Assembly (NCBI GenBank): GCA_022819825.1
Contig: JAJEGM010000028.1
Coordinates: 1,838 to 65,837 of the forward strand
DNA length: 64,000 nt
From: Acidimicrobiia bacterium
Lineage (GTDB): Bacteria; Actinomycetota; Acidimicrobiia; Acidimicrobiales; Bin134
Direction of reading: 5' to 3'
The notes below the pieces were generated by a model that was not told the origin of the DNA, did no database searches, and was given only the letters and a program-made list of their open reading frames with translations. A program made the translations under genes and the position numbers. Positions 54,359 to 61,487 of this stretch are shown in pieces. Position 1 is the stretch's first letter. Every line of letters starts with the position of its first letter.

Positions 54359-55000
54359 ATGACTGAGCCAATCACCTTTTACTTCGACCCGCTTTGACCA
54401 TGGTGCTGGCAGACAGCCCGTTGGGTTCGTCAGATCGAAGACACCGGTGAGGTGAGCGTCACCTGGGGTCTGTTCTCGTTGGCCATCGTCAACTTCGACA
54501 AGCCCATGGACGAGTTCGACCCCGACCGGGGCGCGGGGGTGCGCTCGCTGCGCACCGCGGTGAAGGCCCGCGAGGTGGGCGGCAACGACGGCATCGGCGC
54601 CTACTACCAGGCCATCGGCCACCGGGTGTTCGACTTGGTGGAGTCGGTGGACGAGCTCGACACCATCCGGGCCGCCGCGGTGGACGCCGGTTTCGACGCC
54701 AGCCTGGTGGACGACGCTCTGGCCGACGACAGCACCTGGGAAACGCTGAAGTCCGAGCACACCATCTTGTGCGACGAGACCCGCAGCTTCGGCGTGCCCA
54801 CCATCCGCCTCGACGGCGGCCAAGGCCCGGCCCTGTTCGGCCCGGTGATCAGCAACCCGGCCGAGACCACCGAAGAGGCGGTGGAGCTATGGCGCCATGT
54901 GCGCTGGCTAACTGCCTACGACAACTTCGCCGAGCTCAAGCGCGACCGCCTGCCGCCCGATCTGGAGGCCTACAAGCGAAGGTATGGCGACGACGGCTGA
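54359..55000 (+). CDS. DsbA-like / Rv2466c-like thiol oxidoreductase with in-frame TGA (54395-54397) at the first position of the CPWC motif. Candidate selenoprotein (UPWC).
   Basis: From ATG 54359 the frame reads MTEPITFYFDPL-TGA-PWCWQTARWVRQIE..SLAIVN..FGVPTIRLDG..ALFGPVIS..FAELKR. It is collinear with the CPWC mycothiol-dependent reductase family over its whole length. The track only reports the part from GTG 54452. Confidence 0.65.
54412..54431 (+). promoter_or_regulatory. candidate bacterial SECIS hairpin
   Basis: GACAGCCC-GUU-GGGUUCGUC: 8 bp with one bulged C. The apical loop begins with G, 23 nt after the UGA. An alternative fold, CUGGC.GAC/GUU.GUCAG, uses the same region. Confidence 0.35.
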
Positions 55001-55490
55001 CGCTGTCGCCGAATCGACTGCCCCCCAATCCGGGGCGCATCGGCCCCTGTGGCGTCGGCGGGGCGCCCGGTGGTTTGCCGCCGCGGTGGTGGTCGCCCAA
55101 CTCGCGCTGGTGGCCAACGGCTACCGGGATGCGCACAACTACTTCGCCTTCCAGCCGTTCAATGAGTCGAGCACCTACGCGATGGAGCTGGTACGGGTGT
55201 TGGACGACGGCCAGCGAGTGCCGGTGCCCAACGGCCGCTGGGAGGGCTACGACTGGAACGAGCTGATCGATTGGGGGCCGCTGCGGTCCCCCTGGCACCA
55301 GCGCCACGCCTTCTCCGGGATAGACGCGGTGGTGGACTTCTTGGACCACGCCCTGGACTGGATGGCCGACAACACCCCCGGTGACACCGAAACCCGCTAT
55401 TGGGAGGCCACCGTCACCTACTACCGCAACGCCCGCGGCCCCCATGTCACGGTGATCCGCAGCCACGACCGGGAAGTGGGCGACCCATGA
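54984..55490 (+). CDS. single-pass membrane-anchored protein of unknown function
   Basis: 168-aa ORF. RRRGARW followed by FAAAVVVAQLALVANGY (TM), then a soluble domain. It overlaps the upstream gene by 17 nt, and its stop forms an ATGA overlap with the HTTM start. Confidence 0.6.
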   Translation: MATTADAVAESTAPQSGAHRPLWRRRGARWFAAAVVVAQLALVANGYRDAHNYFAFQPFNESSTYAMELVRVLDDGQRVPVPNGRWEGYDWNELIDWGPLRSPWHQRHAFSGIDAVVDFLDHALDWMADNTPGDTETRYWEATVTYYRNARGPHVTVIRSHDREVGDP

Positions 55491-56566
55491 CGGCCACGGT
55501 TTCTTCGGCTTCGGACACCCAATGGCGGGACCAGTTCCGCCGCTGGCTGGACGAGGTGTTCTACGAACCGGCCAGCGTGCGGGGGGCAGCAGTGCTGCGC
55601 ATCGTGCTGGGTCCGTGCGTGATCTGGCACCTGCGGCCGTTTCTGGCCGACGCGCTGGATGGCATCACCTACCACGACCGCTTCCAGCAGCCGTGGTGGG
55701 CGTGGTATCCCAATGCGCCCGAAGGGCTGTACGTAGCGCTGCTGTGGATCGGAGTGGCCGCCGCCGTGCTGATGACCGTGGGCTGGTGGTCGCGCATCGC
55801 CACTGGGTCCGCCTTCGCGGTGGTGGCCTACAACCTCTTCTTGTCGCAGACCCACTTCCACCACAACCGGGCGTTCCTGGTGATCCTTTTGGCCGGGGTG
55901 GCCCTGTGCGACAACGGCCGGGCGCTGTCGCTGGACGCCCTTCGCCGACCTCCGCCCGATGACCGGGCCTTGGTGTGGCCGATATGGCTGCTTCGGTTCG
56001 AGGCTGCCGCCGTCTATTTCGCCTCGGGGTTCTCCAAGCTGATCGACCCTGACTGGGTGGGCGGCCGGGTGCTCCACGACCGCTCTGTCCGCTACCAGAA
56101 CGAGGTGCGCGACGCCATAGGCGACACGCTGGCCGACCCGGTGCTGGAGGTGGTGACTGCTCGGGCGTTCCACTGGGTGCTGTCGCCCGCCGCGGTGGCC
56201 ACCGAGCTGTTCATCGCCTTCGGTCTTTGGTTCCGCCGCACCCGGCTGGTGGCGGTATGGGTGGCGGTGGCCTTCCACGTGGGCATCGAGGTGACCTCCC
56301 ACGTGCAGGTGTTCAGCGTGATCGGCATCGGCGCTTTGGCCCTGTGGGCGGTTCCGTCTACCCGCGACCGCACCCTGGTCACTCCCAGCCGCTGGGTGGG
56401 GTGGCTGGACTGGATGGCCCGGTTCGACATCACCGTGGCGCCAGGGGCATCGTGGTGCATGGTGGATCGCGACGGCACGGTGCTGGAAGGGCGAGAGGCC
56501 CGGCAGTTCGTGCGGACCCGGTTGCCGGCCGCCTTCCTGTTCTCCCGGTTCTGGCGGTACCGGTGA
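55487..56566 (+). CDS. HTTM-domain membrane protein (vitamin K-dependent gamma-carboxylase-like)
   Basis: ..FRRWLDEVFYEPASVRGAAVLRIVLGPCVIWHL.. ..FLSQTHFHHNRAFLVILLAGVAL.. ..FASGFSKL.. are HTTM hallmark blocks. ATG 55487 is chosen (ATGA overlap). Confidence 0.8.
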   Translation: MTATVSSASDTQWRDQFRRWLDEVFYEPASVRGAAVLRIVLGPCVIWHLRPFLADALDGITYHDRFQQPWWAWYPNAPEGLYVALLWIGVAAAVLMTVGWWSRIATGSAFAVVAYNLFLSQTHFHHNRAFLVILLAGVALCDNGRALSLDALRRPPPDDRALVWPIWLLRFEAAAVYFASGFSKLIDPDWVGGRVLHDRSVRYQNEVRDAIGDTLADPVLEVVTARAFHWVLSPAAVATELFIAFGLWFRRTRLVAVWVAVAFHVGIEVTSHVQVFSVIGIGALALWAVPSTRDRTLVTPSRWVGWLDWMARFDITVAPGASWCMVDRDGTVLEGREARQFVRTRLPAAFLFSRFWRYR

Positions 56567-57747
56567 GCGCTCTGACGTCTGTTCGACGGATTTGGTCTTG
56601 TCGAGCCTCGCGTCGGCTCATCGCCTGGGCGGTGGTGTGGGTGTTGCTAGCCGGTCTGCTGCGGACCACGCTGGCCGCACCCGAGGTGTGCCCGCAATAT
56701 TCCCCCGGCGACGGCCAACCAGCCATCGACGCCGGGGCCGACTGGATCGTCCGCACCCAGGAGCCCAGCGGGCGGTACCTGTACGAGTACGACCGGCGCA
56801 CCGAGTCGGCAGTGCCGGGTTACAACCTGGTCCGCCACGCCGGGGGCACCATGTCGCTCTACCAGTTGGCAATCGCGCAGGAGGGCCAAAACCACCAGGT
56901 AGTGGAGGCCGCCGACCGGGGCATGAACTACCTGCTGGAGCGGGCGGTGGACACCGGCAATGGGGGTATGGGGCCGGCGCTGTCGCCCCGAGGGCCGGTG
57001 AAGACGGGGACGGCTTCGCTGACACTGGTGTCGCTGGCCCATCGGCGCATCCTCACCGGCGACCCTCGCTACGACGGCGAGATGCGGGCGCTGGGCCGGT
57101 TCCTGATGGGCCAGCAGCTGCCCGACGGGGGGATGCTCAACTTCTGGGATCCCAAGACAGGCGCACCGGTGCCCGGGGAGCGGTCTCGGTTCGCCACCGG
57201 GGAGGCCGCCTGGGGTCTGGCCCTGATGCACGAGGCTTTCCCCGGCGAGGGCTGGGACGCCCCGGTGTGGGCCATCATGGACTACCTGTCCACCGAGCGC
57301 GACGAGCTGGAAGAGCTGTGGCCCCCGCCATGGCCCGATCAGTGGGCGGCCTACACCCTGGGCGAGATGGCCGAGTGGGGCTTGGAAGACCACCACCTGG
57401 AATACGCCCAGCGCTTGGCCGGGCGATTCGGCCAGATGATCCGCTGGGACGCTCAGCGGGAGGGTGTGGCCGAGCTCTCCCACCTGCCCATGCCCCGCGG
57501 CGGCGGCTACGGGACCATCCTGGAGGGCCTAGGCGCGCTGGAGTGGCTGTGGCTCAACGAGCCCCGGCTCGCCGAAGCTCCGCTACGGGATCGTCTGGAG
57601 TGCGGGGCGGCCCGCCTGGCCGAAGCCCAAGCCACCGACGGCGCTTGGTACTACGACGACCTAACCAGGGTGGACGACCAGCAGCACGCCGTCTCGGGCC
57701 TGTTGCTGGCCGACGTCAGTTTCAACCTCGGAGGAAACAAGCCATGA
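56563..57747 (+). CDS. alpha/alpha-toroid repeat protein (prenyltransferase / squalene-cyclase-like) with N-terminal anchor
   Basis: Three Q-x2,3-(D/S)G(G/A/R) repeats: IVRTQEPSGRY, LMGQQLPDGGM and LAEAQATDGAWYY. N-terminal hydrophobic segment LIAWAVVWVLLAGLL. GTG 56563 forms a GTGA overlap with the HTTM stop. Confidence 0.55.
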   Translation: MSALTSVRRIWSCRASRRLIAWAVVWVLLAGLLRTTLAAPEVCPQYSPGDGQPAIDAGADWIVRTQEPSGRYLYEYDRRTESAVPGYNLVRHAGGTMSLYQLAIAQEGQNHQVVEAADRGMNYLLERAVDTGNGGMGPALSPRGPVKTGTASLTLVSLAHRRILTGDPRYDGEMRALGRFLMGQQLPDGGMLNFWDPKTGAPVPGERSRFATGEAAWGLALMHEAFPGEGWDAPVWAIMDYLSTERDELEELWPPPWPDQWAAYTLGEMAEWGLEDHHLEYAQRLAGRFGQMIRWDAQREGVAELSHLPMPRGGGYGTILEGLGALEWLWLNEPRLAEAPLRDRLECGAARLAEAQATDGAWYYDDLTRVDDQQHAVSGLLLADVSFNLGGNKP

Positions 57748-57760
57748 AGGAAGTGAGACC

Positions 57761-58312
57761 ATGAGTGGGCTCGGACCGGTGATGTTGATGGTGCTGGCCG
57801 CGGCCAACCCGGCCGCAGGCGCACTGAGCCTGGCCTGGCGGCCATCGAACAGGGATCAGTGGCGCCCCCGAGTGGCGCTGGCCGTCGCCGCCGCGGTGGG
57901 CGCGCTATGGGTGATCGCCGCGCTGGCCGACCCCATCCTCGACGGCCTGTCGGTGACGACAGGAACCTGGCGCTTGGCCACCGCGGTGCCCTTCGCAGTG
58001 GCCGGACTCCGCTGGATGTTATGGCCCGCCCGTCCCATCCACGACGAACCGCGAGCCGGTACCCAAGTGGCGCTCATCGCCCTCACCGTGTTGTTCACCC
58101 CCCAACTGGTCGCCGTGGTCCTGGCCACCGCCGCCCACGACGGCACCCTACGCACCATGGCCGGCGTAGTCCTCGCCGCCGCCCTCACCGCCGCCCTCCT
58201 CTGGTTCCGAGCCACCCCCACCCCCCTGCTATCAGTGATCGCCCGCCTCCTGGGCGGCATCGCCATAGTCCTAGCCATAGCCCTAGGAGTAGACGGCACC
58301 CAAACCATCTGA
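57761..58312 (+). CDS. multi-pass membrane protein (weak MarC/UPF0056-like N-terminal NP motif)
   Basis: 183-aa ORF with about 5-6 hydrophobic segments, lying 13 nt after the preceding gene. The family assignment is weak. Confidence 0.55.
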   Translation: MSGLGPVMLMVLAAANPAAGALSLAWRPSNRDQWRPRVALAVAAAVGALWVIAALADPILDGLSVTTGTWRLATAVPFAVAGLRWMLWPARPIHDEPRAGTQVALIALTVLFTPQLVAVVLATAAHDGTLRTMAGVVLAAALTAALLWFRATPTPLLSVIARLLGGIAIVLAIALGVDGTQTI

Positions 58313-58514
58313 ACGGCTCGTCCGACACTGGTTTGCCCAGTTCACAGTAATCCTAGAATCTCCGCTGCCAAACCCGTTCGTGTGTAGACAGCCTCGTTCT
58401 AGATATTTATTTCCACAGTCTCTGCTCAACTAACAGCAAGGTCTGGGGCTGAGAACCGGATACGGCTCTAGTGGTGCGACTGACGTAAGCCGTCGCTCCG
58501 CGTATCTTCTTCAG

Positions 58515-58715
58515 TCATTGCGTCCCTCTTTCGCCTTCGTCTTCCAAGTTCTCGGTACCGCGGCGGGTATAGGGGCGGCGCGCACCTCCTGACGGCGCAT
58601 CGGGCTTCGGTATGTGACTCTCCTGGGTTTCCGCATGGTCCTCTCCGAGGATGCCTCCGAGAATTCGGTTGATCAACTCCCTGATCTTCGTGCCGTTGGC
58701 GGGCATGATTCTCAT
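58515..58715 (-). CDS. small hypothetical protein
   Basis: 66-aa ORF directly downstream of the membrane-protein gene. No recognisable family, and it may not be coding. Confidence 0.2.
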   Translation of the reverse strand: MRIMPANGTKIRELINRILGGILGEDHAETQESHIPKPDAPSGGARRPYTRRGTENLEDEGERGTQ

Positions 58716-58742
58716 CGGGGCTCTACCTCGGACTGCCTGCGT

Positions 58743-59210
58743 TCAAGGTTGGACTGCCCGGCGTTGTCGCAGCCTGAGCCTCCCAAGGCCCAGCAGAGTC
58801 CCCAGAAGGCCTGCCGCGAATACGGGGCCAACCCGACTCAGAACCGTTACAGGGGTCACATGCGTCCAGATGACCACCGCCGTCAAACAAAGCCCAATCA
58901 CAATCCCGCCGCAAATCGGCATTGCCCAGAGGCGCAATGCTCTGGGCGGTTCAGCCTGGGCCATGATTTCGCGCGTGAAGCGTCTGTTGTAGATCACGCA
59001 GAACACCGCTCCCAGGAGGACGCTCCCCAACCCCAGTACAGCGAGAGCCCCTGCGCGCTCGTCGTCCGACGCGTTGGCTGCGAGCGCGAACCACAGTATT
59101 GCGAATCCCATAGAGATAGCGGTAAGCCATGCCATCGACTTGCTGGTGTGGTTCTTGGCCACCTTGCGGGCAGAACCAGGCGGGAGCGTCTCAAGAGATT
59201 CCACTGTCAC
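58743..59210 (-). CDS. hypothetical membrane protein
   Basis: 155-aa ORF with four hydrophobic segments in an AT-richer segment. No family recognised. Confidence 0.5.
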   Translation of the reverse strand: MTVESLETLPPGSARKVAKNHTSKSMAWLTAISMGFAILWFALAANASDDERAGALAVLGLGSVLLGAVFCVIYNRRFTREIMAQAEPPRALRLWAMPICGGIVIGLCLTAVVIWTHVTPVTVLSRVGPVFAAGLLGTLLGLGRLRLRQRRAVQP

Positions 59211-59232
59211 TCTACGCTAGCTTCAGCGGCGG

Positions 59233-59358
59233 TCACGATGCCTTCCTGTCCATCTTCTCCACATGCATATGACTCTCAAACCGCAACTGAATCCGCTCGG
59301 CCAGGTCGGGGGCCTGCTCTTCAAACTGCCCCCAAGTGACCGCAGTCGAATCGCTCAC
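59233..59358 (-). pseudogene. N-terminal remnant of a pyridoxamine 5'-phosphate oxidase-family gene
   Basis: ..VTWGQFEEQAPDLAERIQLRFESH.. resembles the first roughly 35 residues of PNPOx-like proteins. It then diverges and stops, where full-length family members run about 150 aa. Confidence 0.3.
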
Positions 59359-59427
59359 CGGTGCCACACTAGATGGAGCTACCCTCAAGACCAGTACAAG
59401 CTGGTGGCGTGAAATCAACAATAAGAA

Positions 59428-59459
59428 TTGATATTTACTGATATATCAGTAAATATCAA
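59428..59459. promoter_or_regulatory. 32-bp perfect palindrome (candidate hicAB operator/promoter)
   Basis: TTGATATTTACTGATATATCAGTAAATATCAA equals its own reverse complement. Only 6 of 32 positions are G/C, and it ends 4 nt before the hicA GTG. Confidence 0.6.
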
Positions 59460-59463
59460 CAAC

Positions 59464-59667
59464 GTGAAGAGGGTGGACCTCTTGAAGGAACTCAGGCGCA
59501 TCGCGCAAAGCAAAGCGCTTATTCTTGAGTTGCGGCGCAAGGGCGCCAAACACGAGGTCTGGCGCTTGGGCAACACGACACTGACGATCCCCCGACACAG
59601 GGAGATTTCTCGGTTCACTGCCGAAGGGCTGATAAAGGACGCGAAGGAGGAACCGCCTTGTCGATAG
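59464..59667 (+). CDS. hicA: HicA-family toxin
   Basis: (M)KRVDLLKELRRIA..LRRKGAKHEVWRLGN..LTIPRHREISRFTAEGLIKDA matches the HicA/YcfA pattern (K-x-H-x3-..-PRH-x-EI). GTG 59464 is chosen because the track's TTG 59428 lies inside the palindrome. Confidence 0.7.
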   Translation: MKRVDLLKELRRIAQSKALILELRRKGAKHEVWRLGNTTLTIPRHREISRFTAEGLIKDAKEEPPCR

Positions 59668-59894
59668 CACACGGGACTGACGCCCAGCCCTTGGTGGGCG
59701 ACACCCACCACCTCACCGTCTTCCGCAGCGGCAGATGGTGGGCAATCAAGGCCGACAACCTGCCCGGCTGCCACTCACAGGCCAGACGCCGCGCCAAGAT
59801 CGAGGTAACCGCCCGCGATGCCATCGCCTTGTGGTTTGACGCCGACAAAGCTGAAGTAGGCCCCCTAGTCGTTAACTTCGCAAACCCAGACTGA
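59658..59894 (+). CDS. hicB: HicB-family antitoxin
   Basis: ..HHLTVFRSGRWWAIKADNLPGCHSQARRRAKIEVTARDAIALWFD.. is the typical HicB N-terminal domain pattern. It overlaps hicA by 10 nt. Confidence 0.7.
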   Translation: MSIAHGTDAQPLVGDTHHLTVFRSGRWWAIKADNLPGCHSQARRRAKIEVTARDAIALWFDADKAEVGPLVVNFANPD

Positions 59895-59900
59895 CCTAGC

Positions 59901-59920
59901 TTCGACCGGCTCCGGTCGAA
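59901..59920. promoter_or_regulatory. inverted repeat TTCGACCGG-CT-CCGGTCGAA between hicB and imuB (terminator or operator)
   Basis: 9-bp arms with a 2-nt spacer, starting 7 nt after the hicB stop. It is followed by TGTCACCG-N7-TAAGGT (59923-59943), about 40 nt before the imuB ATG. Confidence 0.35.
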
Positions 59921-59982
59921 TGTGTCACCGGCGTCAATAAGGTTGTCCTGTGTAGTTGTAGCGGCCTGCGGGGCTGGGGCCG

Positions 59983-61434
59983 ATGAGGGTTGGGTGTGTG
60001 CTGGTGACCCATTTGAGGGCGAAGGTGGAGATGGGGCGGCATGGACATCTGAAGGACAGCCCTGTGTTGATTGTCGATGGCAATGCGTCGAAGTCGAGGG
60101 CTCTCATCGTCGATCGCTTCCCCGCGGCCTGTGAGGTGAGGGAGGGCATGAGCTTGGCGGAGGCGATAACCCACCACGCGGACGCTGTCGTGCTGGATGC
60201 CGACGAGCCTTACTATCGCCAGGTTTTTGCCCGCGTGCTGGCCGCCTTGCAGGAAGTCAGCGACCGTGTGGAGGGGGCTGATCTGGGTATGGCCTACGTC
60301 CGATTGGATGGACTGGAGGGGCTCTACGGCGATGAAGAGGGCGCGGTCTCCGCGCTATTGGACGCGGTCCCCGCTTTTCTGAGCCCCCGCGTCGGGGTGG
60401 CAGACGCCAAGTTCCCCGCCTTCGTTGCCGCCCGGGCGCGCTCGGGTCCGGGCGCCTCCCAGGTCGACGACGATGTGGGGGCCTTCCTCGCCCCGCACAG
60501 CATCGACCTGCTTCCGGTCTCGGCCAGCGCGAGAAGCGAAATGCACCGCTTCGGCCTGCACACCATGGGTGCCGTCGCCTCGATGAGCAGACATGTGCTG
60601 GCCGACAGGTTCGGTCCCGAGGGCCAGCGGGCGTGGTCGCTGTGCCACGGCATCGACGACACCCCCGTGGTGCCCCTGGCCTCCGAGGAACCGGTGGTGG
60701 AGCGCATCTCGCTGTCTCTGCACTCCTCCTCCATCGAGGCCCTGCTGGTGGCGGTGGACGCCCTTCTGCGACGGGCATTCACACGGCCCGAGGTGAAGGG
60801 CCGGCACGCCGGGGTGGCACATCTGCTGGGCGCGGCGCCGGGCTGGCCGACGTGGGAGCGAAGTGTCCGGTTCAAGCAGCCCGTCGACGCGTGGGAGAGG
60901 GCCGCCGAAATCGTCCGGAGCCGGTTGGAGGCCGACCCGCCGTCCCATCCCGTCGAGGACGTGACGCTCACCCTGGCGGACTTCACCGGCCAGTCGATCG
61001 CTCAGCTGGCGCTGCTGAAGGACGCTCGGCGCGACCGGCTTCAGCGGCTCGTCGATGCCGATCGCAGGCTGCGGCCGCTGATGGGAGGCAGGCATGCCCT
61101 GTACCGAATCGCCGGCGTCGCACCCTGGCACCCCGTCCCGGAGATGCGATTCCTCCAGACGCCCATCGATCCGTCGGGACTAGACACCATCAGGCCATTG
61201 CTGGCCCCGAACCCCGTGGACGTGCGCGAGGACGCGGCGGGCGAGCCGCGGTCAGTTTGTGCGGACAGGCACTGGATGGAGGTGGTCCGCATCGACGACC
61301 GGTGGACAATCGACCTGTGGTGGCTTCCCAAGCCCATCACCCGCTCCTACTACCGGATCGATCCCGGCGACGGCAGGCTGATCACCCTGTTCCGAGACTG
61401 CGTTGACCACCGCTGGTACCGACAAAGCGCCTGA
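59983..61434 (+). CDS. imuB: ImuB-like Y-family DNA polymerase (mutasome accessory subunit)
   Basis: ..CVLVTHLRAKVE.. ..VLIVDG.. ..GMSLAEA.. ..ADLGMAYVRLDGLEGLYG.. Y-family palm/fingers layout, lying immediately upstream of dnaE2. Confidence 0.8.
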   Translation: MRVGCVLVTHLRAKVEMGRHGHLKDSPVLIVDGNASKSRALIVDRFPAACEVREGMSLAEAITHHADAVVLDADEPYYRQVFARVLAALQEVSDRVEGADLGMAYVRLDGLEGLYGDEEGAVSALLDAVPAFLSPRVGVADAKFPAFVAARARSGPGASQVDDDVGAFLAPHSIDLLPVSASARSEMHRFGLHTMGAVASMSRHVLADRFGPEGQRAWSLCHGIDDTPVVPLASEEPVVERISLSLHSSSIEALLVAVDALLRRAFTRPEVKGRHAGVAHLLGAAPGWPTWERSVRFKQPVDAWERAAEIVRSRLEADPPSHPVEDVTLTLADFTGQSIAQLALLKDARRDRLQRLVDADRRLRPLMGGRHALYRIAGVAPWHPVPEMRFLQTPIDPSGLDTIRPLLAPNPVDVREDAAGEPRSVCADRHWMEVVRIDDRWTIDLWWLPKPITRSYYRIDPGDGRLITLFRDCVDHRWYRQSA

Positions 61435-61487
61435 TAGCGGACTCTGATGGGAACTACTAGTGGCGAACTGCTGACGACAGGCTTCTG

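Noticed and set aside
54351-54362. Three-codon mini-ORF ATG-ACC-CCA-TGA whose stop overlaps the ATG of the candidate selenoprotein gene
   Set aside because: It is too short and unsupported and could arise by chance in the 23-nt spacer. It is noted only because ATGA coupling is common in this window.
53217-54371. 384-aa minus-strand ORF opposite the LLM oxidoreductase
   Set aside because: Shadow ORF. The plus-strand product matches the LLM/F420 family along its whole length.
54395-54397. TGA read as evidence of an alternative genetic code (TGA=Trp/Gly) or as an ordinary stop
   Set aside because: Dozens of genes in the window terminate at TGA, many within ATGA overlaps, so the code is standard. 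A plain stop would leave a 12-codon peptide followed by 18 perfectly family-conserved codons. That is why Sec recoding, or a very recent nonsense mutation, is reported instead.
54446-54463. Second hairpin GGUGA-GGUGAGCG-UCACC as the SECIS
   Set aside because: Its apical loop lies more than 55 nt after the UGA, outside the spacing normally tolerated by bacterial SelB/SECIS. The nearer hairpin at 54412-54431 is the better candidate.
58313-58514. Search for a tRNA gene, att site or integrase remnant at the edge of the AT-richer segment
   Set aside because: No cloverleaf-compatible sequence, T-loop (GGTTCGAATCC-like) motif or long direct repeat matching the other edge was seen. Only a weak 6-bp inverted pair (CTAGAA/TTCTAG) was found.
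59901-59920. Palindrome TTCGACCGG-CT-CCGGTCGAA as a canonical actinobacterial LexA (SOS) box
   Set aside because: The half-sites read TCGACC rather than TCGAAC and the spacing differs from TCGAAC-N4-GTTCGA. Its position 7 nt after the hicB stop fits a terminator hairpin equally well. It is kept only as a low-confidence candidate.
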